From contig NC_043008.1 in assembly GCF_006345805.1 (NCBI RefSeq), positions 5,084,001 to 5,148,000 of the forward strand: a DNA stretch of 64,000 nt, given 5' to 3'. The DNA is from Octopus sinensis (Eukaryota). A program made the translations under genes and the position numbers. This document shows, in pieces, positions 38,105 through 50,100 of the stretch (position 1 is its first letter; each line of letters opens with the position of its first letter). The notes beneath the pieces are model-generated. The model did no database searches. It had not been told where the DNA came from and saw nothing but the letters and a program-made list of their open reading frames with translations.

Positions 38105-41100
38105 TTTAATAACAGTTTGACTCAGTTCCACAGGACCTAAAGATTCATGAGTATGTTGTCCATCTTATTAGATGTTTGGAGGCAGAGCAGAGGGTTTGAA
38201 AGAAATTTTTGGTGTTTTTAAGCTTCTGTTAGTCAATTTCTGTTGTGTCGTATTAATGCTGTCAAAGCATACTTTCTATTGAGTACCTCACGTGGTGGAG
38301 TAAGATGTTAGTGTGAAAAGGTGGCAAGCTGGCAGAAACGTTAGCACACTGGGCGAAATGCTTAGCGATATTTCGTCTGACGCTATGTTCTGAGTTCAAA
38401 TTCCGTCGAGGTCGACTTTGCCTTTCATCTTCTTGGGGGCGATTGAATAAGTACCAGTTATGCACTGGGGTCAATATAATCGACTTAATCTGTTTGTCTG
38501 TCCTTGTTTGTCCCCTCTATGTTTAGCCCCTTGTGGGCAATAAAGAAATAAGATGTTAGTATGAATCAGTAGTGCAGTTATTGTTCAGTGGAATTTGAAT
38601 ACATTAGTGGAAGCCTTTTTTACATAGGCACTGACACTCCAGGCATACCACCCTAGGCCTAGTTGACCCACACTCAAAGGCAGGGTATCTAATCTCTTCC
38701 ACCATACTCTACAGCCCATCCATGTTGGTCACACAACATCAGTTGCCACCCAGCATCTTTTAAAATGACTAAACCCAGGTAATGACTGCTGTGGCTAATG
38801 TTTTCAAACTCTACTGAATGATGGCTAAACTACTGTCTCATGCCAACAGCTTATCCTACCACATTTAGTGCCCAATACCTTGGGTCATACATATCATCAT
38901 CTGAAACAATGGAATTTACTATGTTATGCCAGACTTCACAGTCTATCATAGCATTACGGAGGTCCTATTGCTGGATGCCTGTATCCCTGGAGATTACATC
39001 AGGGTAGGAGAGTGTGCGCCCTCTGCTATCGCAAGCAGATGGCTTCCAGAGGAGAAGAGTAGAAATTACCTCGTTTTCAGCTCTACAACAATGTCCAGCA
39101 AACTGGACTCTTCTACCTTTCACAAGAGATGATACAGGTGGTAATTTCCCATATATTTGTACTTTGGTTGGATGATGCTTCCATGAGAGATTTTGAGCTG
39201 TTATAAGGAGGCGAGTGTAAGTTCCATCCAACCACCTCTCAAGCTTCTTTGATAACGTCCAGGTTTCTGAGCCATATAGTAGAATTGGTTCGACTGTAGC
39301 TTTGAAGATTTTAAGTTTGAAATCTCTACTTAGATTTGATGACCAGATCTTATGCATATCATTACAGGCTGACCTGGCCATACCCTTTCTAGTTAGAAAA
39401 TCTTTTCTAGATGATGATATGTATGACCCAAGATATTTGTAATCAGAAACCATATTTAAGGGCGCATTGTTGAGAGTATGGATGATGCAATCACTGTTGG
39501 ACAGGCACTTGTTTACATATTCAGTCTTGGACTCATTGAGGTAAAGACCTACACAATTTGAGGCTTGTTCAAGAGATTGTAAAAGAGACTGCAGTGCCCC
39601 AGCATGGCCACATTCTTATGACTGAAACAAGTAAACTTCAATTTATTTCTTCCTTTATCACTGATGTGTGTCTGCTGTATGTAATTCATACTTTATTGCA
39701 TAAGAACTGACCAACTTAATCCTTGACCAGTATTTTAGTATTTCGCCACTGCCCATTTCTCAATCAGTATGCCGAAGAAGTGGACAAACGGTTTGAAGAC
39801 TGGAAGCAGTATAAGATGAGCGTTCCCACTTACGGTGCCATTATTTTGGATCCTGAGATGAAGTTTGTGAGTGTCACCACTTTAAAAGCATATTTCTGTT
39901 GTTTTTTTTTTAGGTTGTAATTTTTTGGAAAGCTGGCAGAATCGTTAGCATGCTTGATGAAATGCTTAACAGGTGGCGAACTGGCAGAAATGTTAGCACA
40001 CCAGGCGAAATGCTTAGCGGTATTTCGTCTGCCGTTACATTCTGAGTTCAAATTCTGCCGAGGTCGACTTTGCCTTTCATCCTTGCAGGGTCGATTAGAT
40101 AAATACCAGTTACGCACTGGGGTTAATTTAATTGACTATTCCCCTCCCCCAAATTTCAGGCCTTGTGCCTATAGTAGAAAAGATTTTGAAATTTTCATTT
40201 CTTGGTCTGTCTCTGATCCCCAAACATTGTTTAGTCTCGTGTTGGGCCCCAACCAAGCCAACCTATATCACTTAACCACAACCTCCTAGGCATTACATGC
40301 AACATTATATAACCCCTACTTCATTCTCCCTCTCTCTCTCCTTAACCCTGTTGCTCCTCTACAACAAGAACCTGCTGTTCCCCAAACTCTTTTCTCATAC
40401 CAAAATCCCCTCCTAATACACAGATGTAGCATCCTCCCTCCCTGGGTTTGTTGACTTGCAAGCCATGTGGCAGCCTCAGTCGTGCCAGTGGCATGTAAAA
40501 GCACCCATTAAAGTGGTTGGCATTAGGAAGAGCACACAGCTGAAGAAACCATGCCAAAGGAACCACTGGAGCACAATGCAATCCTTTGACTCATCAGATC
40601 CTTGTCAAAGCCATTCATCCTCAGCCAGCATGGAACATGGATGTTTATTAAGCGATGATGATGATTAAATTACCTAATGTGTCCTTTTTCAAGGAAAAGA
40701 GGACTTATTGGTCAACCTGGTCTGAGCTACACAATACTTGACAACAGAATACTTGTTTTGTTTTTGGATTTGGTTTGCAAGATTCTTTATATGAGTTCGT
40801 GTGTTGAAGTATATTCTGTTGTGTCTGGGGAGAGTCATTTTCTTTTTGTGCCTTATAATGTCAAGACTATTGAAAAGGTTGCAAGACGCAATGAAAATTT
40901 TAGGAAAATAAAAATAAGAAATAAGTGGAAATGTTACTGGTGAGTGTGTTACATTATAAGGCACAAAAACAAAATGACTCTCCCCAGACACAACAGAATA
41001 CTTGTTGTTTCTGTATTTTGTCTACTGCTATGTTCTGAGTTCAAATTCTGCTGAGGTTGACTTTGCCTTTCATCCTTTCGGGGTCGATAAATTAAGTTCC

Positions 41101-44100
41101 AGTTACACACTGGGGTCGATATAATCGACTTAATCTGTTTGCCTGTCCTTGTTTGTCCTCTCTGTGTTTAGCCCTTTGTGGGTAGTAAAGAAATAGGTAT
41201 TTCGTTTGCCACTACATTCTGAGTTTAAATTCTGCCATGGTCGACTTTGCCTTTCATCCTTTCGGGGTCGATTAAATAAGTACCAGTAACGCACTGGGAT
41301 CAATATAATTGATTTAATCTGCTTGTCTGTCCTTGTTTGTCCTCTCTGTGTTTAGCTCCTTGTGGGTAGTAAAGAAATAAGTATTTTGTCTATGTTCTGA
41401 GTTCAAATTCCACCAAGGTCAACTTTGCTCTTCATCCTTCTGGGGTTGATAAATTAAGTGCCAGTTACACATTGGGGTTGATGTAATCAACTTAATCCGT
41501 TTGTCTGTCCTTGTTTGTCCTCTCTGTGTTTAGCCCCTTGTGGGTAGTAAAGAAATAGGTATTTCGTCTGCCGCTACGTTCTGAGTTCAAATTCCGCTGA
41601 GGTCGACTTTGCCTTTCATCCTTTCGGGGTCAATTAAATAAGTACCAGTTATGTACTGGGATCGATATAATCGACTTAATCCGTTTGTCTGTCCTTCTTC
41701 GTCCTCTCTGTATTTAGGCCCTTGTGGGTAGTAAAGAAACAGGTAATATCAAGACGGATGGATGTCAACAAAGTGTGGCCTTAGAGAGAGGGAGTAGAAA
41801 TAGGGGGCAATGCCAGAAGGAAAATGGGGAGCTGCATCAAATACTGATGCAGACCCTCACTACTCAGTCATCCTGATGGGAGAGAGAGAGAGAGAGAGAC
41901 ATTAGCAGCAACTGTATATTTTCTTGTGTGAGAAATAGGGTGAATAATGAATAATCTGGGGCAAGCATGGCTGGTGTGGTGCAGTGGATTAGCAAGAGGT
42001 TGTGAAAGAGAGGTGGAAAGAGGAAGCAAGCATTCCTTATTTGGGAATATAGCTGGAGAAGAAGAAGAAAAAGGAAAGATTTTTTTTCAATGTTCAACAA
42101 CTGTTTTTTTATAATATTGAGTTTCTTTTATGCATAATATCACTAGAAGTATTATGAAAATATTCCCTGCATAATTGCTTCATTAAGTAATATTCCAATT
42201 AACTTTTAATTACTTAAAATTCTACTTCTGGCCACTTCTCCATAGAGTTAGGCAATAATACCTTTCTTGCACTGCAGAAAATATTTATCTTCTCTAACTC
42301 TCTCCTTCTCTCTTTCTCTCTCTCTCTATATATATATATATAAATAATTTTGATTGTTTTTACTTTGTAAATGTAGCTTTTCTATGCCATCACTATGCAT
42401 CAATGTATCCTTTCATTTCTAGTTTACTTCAATACTTTAGCTACTCTCTCTCTCTCTCTAGCTTGATCATAATCATCATTGCTTTAGTATTCACTTTCCC
42501 ATGCTTGCATGGGTCAGATGGAATTTATTGAGGCCGACTTTCAGTGGCTGGATGCTCTTCCTGTTGTTAAATATTCTCATCTTTAGTTCATCCATGCTTG
42601 TTTTCCTTAATCGATATCAGCGCATTAGTTGCATTCTCCCTGATGGAATATTGTAGCTGTTGGTTCTTACATTGCAATAAGTTTCCTTTGTGATGATGTA
42701 TCTAGGGTCAAAATCGTAACAGCTACCTTTTAAAGTAATTGGTAGGTCCCAGAACTTTAATAGGAAATTATCCTTGCCTTAAAAAATGAATTCCTTTTTG
42801 CTTCATGCACAACAGAACAGGAATCAATGCATTTCTGAGATGGAAAATATTAAATTTTATTCCTAAAGCATGAATCTGATGAGTTTCTAGTTATAGAATA
42901 TGGGGCAGCTTGCCATTTGAAATATAGCTGATTGGTGAAACTCCCAGTTATCTAAACACTTTGAACCTTTCTACTATAAAAAGGCATGGCATCCAAAATT
43001 TATAGGCAGTGTTACAACTTTTTCTCATCTTCTGTCGATGCAGGTATGGTTGTGTGGTAATAAGTTTACCTCCCAACCACATGGCTCCAGGTTCAATTCC
43101 ACTGTGTAGCCCCTTGCACAGGTGTCTTGCTCTATCCCTGGCCTTGTGAGTGGATCTGGTTGTTGGAAACTGAATGAAGCCCAGAGTGTGTGTATGTGTA
43201 AATAATAATTGTTACTGTATCCTTGCTTTGATGTTGCATGATAGATGCAAATGAGTGTCACCATCTTGCTGGCAGTGTCCTTCATTTGCAATCTTCCATG
43301 AAAATATGTCTGGTCGTAGGGTAACATCACCTCGCTTGAAAACAGGTGAAGGTTAGCAACAAGAAGGGCATCTGACTAGAAAATCTTCCCTTAACAAATT
43401 CTGTCCAACTCATGCAAGGATGGAAAAATGGATGTTAAAACAATGATATAAATTCACATAATTCTATACCATGAATACTGTGTAAATTAAGATCCTTATT
43501 GACCGGTCACTAGGATGTCATTGTTGCTGCTTTTAATCTACTAAAAGGAGCAATTTCTTAGGTGGTCAAAAGTTGTGATGTTGCTTTGGTGTTGTGGTTA
43601 GTACAGCTGTATAGTTTACAGCAAACAGTATTTAAATCCCACAAGCCATGCTACAACAATTTTGGTCTTCCATATTATAAACATACATACATGTGCAGAT
43701 AAACATGGGTTTTATTTGTGTTCATCATGACTACTTTTCAGGTATTGCTTGTTCAAGGTTACTGGGCCAAATCTAGCTGGGGTTTTCCAAAAGGCAAAAT
43801 TAATGAAGATGAAACAGAACAAGAATGTGCAGTGAGAGAGGTAAGTACCATAGATCTCTCTATCATTTTGGTTAGGTTGCCTGGACCAAAACCACTCTTT
43901 TTCTCCAAGTGTTCCTGTTTTCCATGCCATTTTTGAGGTCTTATATTTGTAACTTGACATCATGAGAAAGTTGATCAATGTACATCATTTTGGGTTGTTA
44001 CCCGACATGAGAATTCTCATAGCTTGTAATCCACAGAAAGAGTTCATTCACTAATTCATAGTTAGCTTTATTAATTCTCTTCTAGATAGGTGGGAGTCTT

Positions 44101-47100
44101 TCTTCTCCAGTGTTTTTTTAAAATTTTTTTTCGGTGTTTTCAGACTGTATACTGTACTCTGTATGGGTAGTGGTGGGCAGAATCTTTCTAGTGTAGCAAT
44201 TGTTGATGTTTAATCTCCGGTTGAATCTGGTTGGGAGTGGAGTCTGTGTGTGACTATCAGAAACAGTGTTGTACTGAATACCTTACTGTATTTAATTAGA
44301 CTCTTTTGCATGTTATATGGTTCATTCAACTGCCAGTGCTATATAAAAAAAGTACCCTTTCTGGCACCACATAAGAAGCCCCTGTACTGGTTTCATGTAA
44401 CAAGCACCCGTGCCTGTGCCACATAAAAAGCCCCTATACCTGTGCCATGTGAAATGCACCCACTCACTGTAAAGTGGTTGGTATTAGGAAGGGCATCTGG
44501 CTGTAGAAACCAAGCCAAGTCGGACTGGAACCTGGTGCAGCTGTAGTCAAATTGTCCAACCCATGCTGGCATGGAAAATGAATTTTAAATGATGATGACG
44601 GTAATGGTACTCGCGGTGGAAGTGTGTGTGTTATACGGGATGTCAAAAGTTGCAGTGTTGGATTAAGGGCCTTGCCAGTATATTGTTGCCTTGCTTTGAG
44701 TTTGAATCCTACTAGGGTCAAAGTTGCTTTTTTTTTTTTTCGAGGAAAAGGCAGTAGCCATGAACTTTACGAGCAGCTCTCTCTGAGACTGGTGAGCTCA
44801 ATGCTGTTAATATTTCATTTAAGCTGTTGTCAGTCAAAACCTGCAGACATGAGCTGAGAGAAGATTCCAGTGGGTTGAAGAAATTCTGGGGAAGAAAGAC
44901 TGGGCATAGGGGTTAATGTGGGGACTTGGATTGGATATAACAAGGGTAATGAGAGGTGGAGAGACAAAAGAGTCAGAAGTAGGTTTTTTTGGAATGGGGG
45001 TCAATAAAGTATCATTCACTTATTAGGGTCCAGTCAATCACTCTTGTTAGAAATAAGAAATCTTTTCATTTCTTATTACAAAACCAAGGTCTGCGGATTA
45101 GTAAAATTGGTTAAAGTGTCAGAGAAAAGGCCTTACAGTAATTTAGTTGCTGCCCTTTATGTTCCCAGTTCTAGTTTTGCTCTAAAAATTCCATGCTCCA
45201 TACCTATTGTGAAAACTGTATTTCCTGACATACAAGTCAACTTTTTCAGACCAAAATTTACAGCCAAAGAAAGGTAGTTTGATTTATACACCAAGATGAC
45301 TTTGGAGGACCAAAAGTTCCATGTGAAATGCAGCAGAATTTGGAAAACTAGTGATGTTTGAATGTTTACACTACATACTACATCGACTTGTATGCTGGAA
45401 ATTACAGTATTATAAAATAAGGGTTACAGATTAGGGAAATCAGTGTGTCAGCCAAAAGGCCTTGCAATAATTTAATTGCAGCACTTTACTTTCTCACCTA
45501 AAATCTTGCCTTAAAAATGCCATGCTTTACCTGTTGTAAAAATTGTTATCTGTTATAGTTCTGACTTTGTTGGAGTTTATATAAATTGTTACACTTTTTG
45601 CAATGTTACAGGTGTTTATGATTTGTCTTAGATTTCATGACTTTGAGGCTGTACCTATCATTATCATTTTATCTTTCCCCATCATAATTGCAGGTATTTG
45701 AAGAAACTGGCTTCAACATTAGTAAGTTCATCAATTCTAATGATTATTTCGAGAACCAAATGAATGACCAACTTACTCGACTTTATATCATTGCTGGAGT
45801 GTCTTTGGACACTGAATTTCAGACCAAAACACGCAAAGAAATCAAAGTAAGTTACCATTTCTTGTTGTTTTTGATATATTGAAAGAATTTATAGAGCATC
45901 TTACCAAATACTTTAAATCATTGCTTCTCACCTTTTTTAATATCTGGGCCAGATCCAAAACCTGGATGTTTTTAGTGGGGGGGGGGGTCACACCAAAAAA
46001 TGTAAAACACAAGTCAAAGAAAGATTTAATATATTTATGGAGGGAAGACTGTTGGAGGCTGCCAGAAGGATGCGCCGAGGGCTACATACCCTTCCTGTAT
46101 CCTTCATGAAGTCTCCAACGATGTGGATGAGAACTGGTTTTAAGTTCTTGGTTTGTTTCACCAAAATAGACTTTGTCTTTTAATCCTTCCAAATCAGTCA
46201 AATAAGGGCTAGTAATATAATAAGAGGGAGGAAGGGTCAATAATTTAATTAAATTTTCCCCCTCCTCCCAAGATATGTGACCTTGTGCCTAGAACTCTTT
46301 ATTCTTGTTGCAGTTGTTATTGATGAAGATGGTATCAGTATTGCTGTTGAACTTGATGTTTGTGAAACATTTCAATAATGGATTAAATGCCTAGCACTAT
46401 TTTCTTCTGTTCTGCTGTGTGCTATCTTTGTGTGTGTGTGTGTGAATGTATGATTAACTTCAGATCAGCCCTAATTAAAGATATTCAGAAGTGTCCTTAT
46501 TTTTTTTTTATATATTTTTTTAAGACAGTAGGGAATACTTTGATGAAACTAACTAGTATTTCTAGGAAGTTGAGTGACTATGTAAAGGTTTCCCAGATCT
46601 CATTAGTATAGTTGTTTAAATTATCATCATCATTTAATGTCCATCTTCCATGCCAAGATCCTATTGAACCATTCAACATTCCATGGCATAGGCTAAATGC
46701 TCAATAGGATCTGACAAGCCACAAGGCTGTCTCAAACTCCAGTCTCTACTTTGGCTTTGTTCCTATCGTTGAATTGTCTTCTTTATGCTGGCCTCTTTAC
46801 ATTGTATACTGGGTGTTTTTTTTTTCCTTCTTTTCTTGATACCAGCTCTAGTGGTGATAGCTTTGTAATTTGCAAGCCTAAGAACCTAAAGTGGTCTCTA
46901 CAACTGAGGGAGGGTAGAAGGGAGAGTGTAGTGATTCTAGGCAAAATGACGAGGGGAGATAAGTAAGAGGAGAGGAACAAATTTGGAGTTGTGATATGTT
47001 GATAGTGGAGAGAGTAACAGTAGTAGAGTAGGCACTAGGAGTGGAGGGGGGGAATCATCATCCATCAAGTAAATAAATGCAGTTTTTAGAGGTTTTCTTT

Positions 47101-50100
47101 TGGTTTTACTGTAGAGTTGTTCTGATTTACATTTGTACCCTAAGGTGCTGAATAATTAAGTTCCCCGTCATCCTACCATGGAGCCTAGAGAAGATAATTA
47201 GGAATTTAGTTTAGGGTTTCCTTCCTTGACTCACTCTAGATGTTTACATACTCAGTGGCAATCCAACAATACAGATTAATAAACCTTGCTTTCTTTTCTC
47301 TCTCCTTCCTTTTTATTTTGTATTTCTAACCCTTCGTAAATAATCTTTTTTTTTTATCCTTTCTGCAGTGTATGCAGTGGTTCCCAGTTGATGCACTTCC
47401 TGCTCACAAAAAGGACCAAACGTGTCGGTCACAACTCAATATGAACTCCAATAACTTCTTCACCATCATTCCATTTATCAAGTATGTCTTTACCTTATTA
47501 TTCTATATGTATCATTAGAGGTGCAGACATGACCGTCTGATTTTAAAGTTTGTTTTCCAGCCACATGGTTTGGGTTCAGACCCACTGCATGGCACTTAGG
47601 GCAAGTGTCTTCTACTACAGCATCGGGTTGGCCAAAGCCTTATGAATGGATTTGGTAGATGGAAACTGAAAGAAGCCTGTCATGTGTGTGTATGTTACTG
47701 TATTGTTGCCTTGACATCGTTTGATAGTTGTAAACAAGTGTCATCATCATGCAAGCTGTGTCCTTTGCAATCATCATCATCATAATCATCATCATTTAGC
47801 GTCCGCTTTCCATGCTAGCATGGGTTGGACGGTTCAACTGGGGTCTGTGAAGCCAGAAGGCTGCATCAGGCCCAGTCTGATCTGGCAGTGTTTCTACGGC
47901 TGGATGCCCTTCCTAACGCCAACCACTCCATGAGTGTAGTGGGTGCTTTTTACGTGCCACCCGCACTTCTGTGAAAACTTGTTATGAGGGAATATTACTT
48001 TTCTACAGCTGGAAGCCTTTCCTGCCATGTTGGCAACAGGAAGGGCATCCAGCTGTAGAAACTCGATCTCAACAAATTCCACCCAACACATGCAAGTATG
48101 GAAAAGTGGAGGTTAAGATGATAATATGTAAATACTTACCAAGGTGGTGAGCTGGCAGAATGTTTAGCAGTATTTTCATCTGTCTTGATGTAATTGACTT
48201 GACCCTGCTCCCGCTCTGTCCTAAATTTAGGCCTTGTGTCTGGAGTAGAAAGGATGCATAAATTCTTACTCGTTGCTTCACTCTTTGCAAAAGAGGGAAC
48301 CTGCCTCCTAGAAATAACAACTACAATGTTATAATACATGTGTGGTGAACAAGTTAGAATCTCCACTTGTTTCTAGATTAAACAACAGCATTAGTATTCT
48401 CTGAGCAACTGATCAAGGGTGAAAACCTTATCTGTACAATATTAGCTGTTGTAAAAAGATAGAATGTGTGCACAAATTGCTGAAGTTCAGCCCCAGGTTG
48501 GCCTTGATCCCAGCAGGCCTAAGATCAGAAGCTTTCAAATCATGTCCTCTTCAGCAATGGTATACCTGGACTGCATTATCCACAGTTTTTGTTTTTCATT
48601 TTTAACTCTTTAGAATTTAAGCCAGCCATCCTCATCATGCCAATATCCTGCCTGTTTTATGCTCAAACTAGTCAAGTCTGGTCTCTCACCTGTATCCTAC
48701 AATGTCATTCTAAAAGAATAAACATTCACATCATCAAATTGTCATGGTGACAAAACAATGCATGATCAGTTCCAAACAACGTGTATATATACACATCATC
48801 ATCATTTAACATTCACCTTCCATGCTGGCATGGATTGGAGAGTTTGATAGGATCTGGCAAGCTACAGGACTGGGCGATCTTACGGTACAAGTACCATAAA
48901 TGCCACGTGTGTTTGTTTACATTTGAAGAAGAAGATCATCATTTTCCATAAATTTTTTTTTTATATTTGGAGGGTTATGGTTAGAGTTACGGTTGCGGTT
49001 AGGGGTGGGAGAAAAGGGTTTCTTTTTTCTTCAGAGATGTAAACAAACCCACGTGGGTTTATAATTGGCAGTTATGGTACTTGTACCGTAAGATCGCCCA
49101 GGACTGTGTTGGCTCCAACATCAGCTTTGGCATGGATTCTATGGCTGGATGCCCTTTATAATGCCTACCACTTCACAGAGTATACTTGGTGCTTTTTACT
49201 TGGCGAAGACAGGGAAAGCCCCTGGCCCATCAGGAATCGCTTCAGATATGCTTAAAATATCTGGCGATATCAGCTATAGTCTAGTCACCCGTATAGTCAA
49301 TCAGGTGATACATGAAGGAGTCATACCCAATGAATGGTGTAGCAGCACCATAGTCAACTGCTACAAAGGTAAAGGTGATGCATTAGATACGAATAAATAC
49401 AGAGGTATCAAGTCGTTGGATCAGATGATGAAGGTTATGGAGAGGATCATAGCCCAACTAATTATGGAGAGTGTCAGTCTAGACGAGATGCATTTTGGGT
49501 TTATGCCAGGTAAAAGCTATATTTCTGGTAAGACAGCTGCAGGAGAAATACCTACCCAAAGATAAACCTCTGTACCTGGCTTTAGTTGACATGGAGAAAG
49601 TCTTTGATGGGGTCCCCCGATCCCTTATCTGGTGGTCAATGAGGAAACTAGGGATAGATGAGTGGTTAGTGTGAGCTGTGCAAGCCATATACAGGGACAC
49701 TGTCAGTAAGGTGAGGGTTGGCAATGAGTACAGTGAAGAATTCAGGGTAGGGGTCCACCAAGGATCAGTCCTCAGCCCTTCTCTTATTCATCATAGTCCT
49801 CCAGGCAATAACAGAGGAATTCAAGACAGGATGCCCCTGGGAGCTCCTCTATGCTGACGACCTTGCTCTAATTGCTGAGTCACTATCAGAACTAGAGGAG
49901 AAGTTTCAAGTGTGTAAACAAGGATTAGAATTGAAGGGCCTTAGAGTCAATCTAGCAAAAACCAAAGTCTTAATATGTTGGAAAGCTGACAAACCACAAA
50001 TCCTTTCAGGTAGTTGGCCCTGCTCGATCTGTAGAAAAGGCATAGGTAGAAACTCCATAAGATGTACCCAGTGTAAGCTATGGACACATAAGAGGTGCAG

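Larger units (their letters stand above)
37654..39738 (+). other. U12-type (minor spliceosome) GT-AG intron, DCP2 intron 2
   Basis: 5' site GTATCCTTT; branch site TCCTTGAC at 39720-39727, branch A 12 nt from the AG; no polypyrimidine tract. Confidence 0.93.

Noticed and set aside
39727-39730. Alternative CAG acceptor for DCP2 exon 3
   Set aside because: It creates an in-frame TAG and lies too close to the branch point.
48975-49010. GGTTAG-like repeats as interstitial telomere
   Set aside because: Only a few degenerate units, internal to a MITE.
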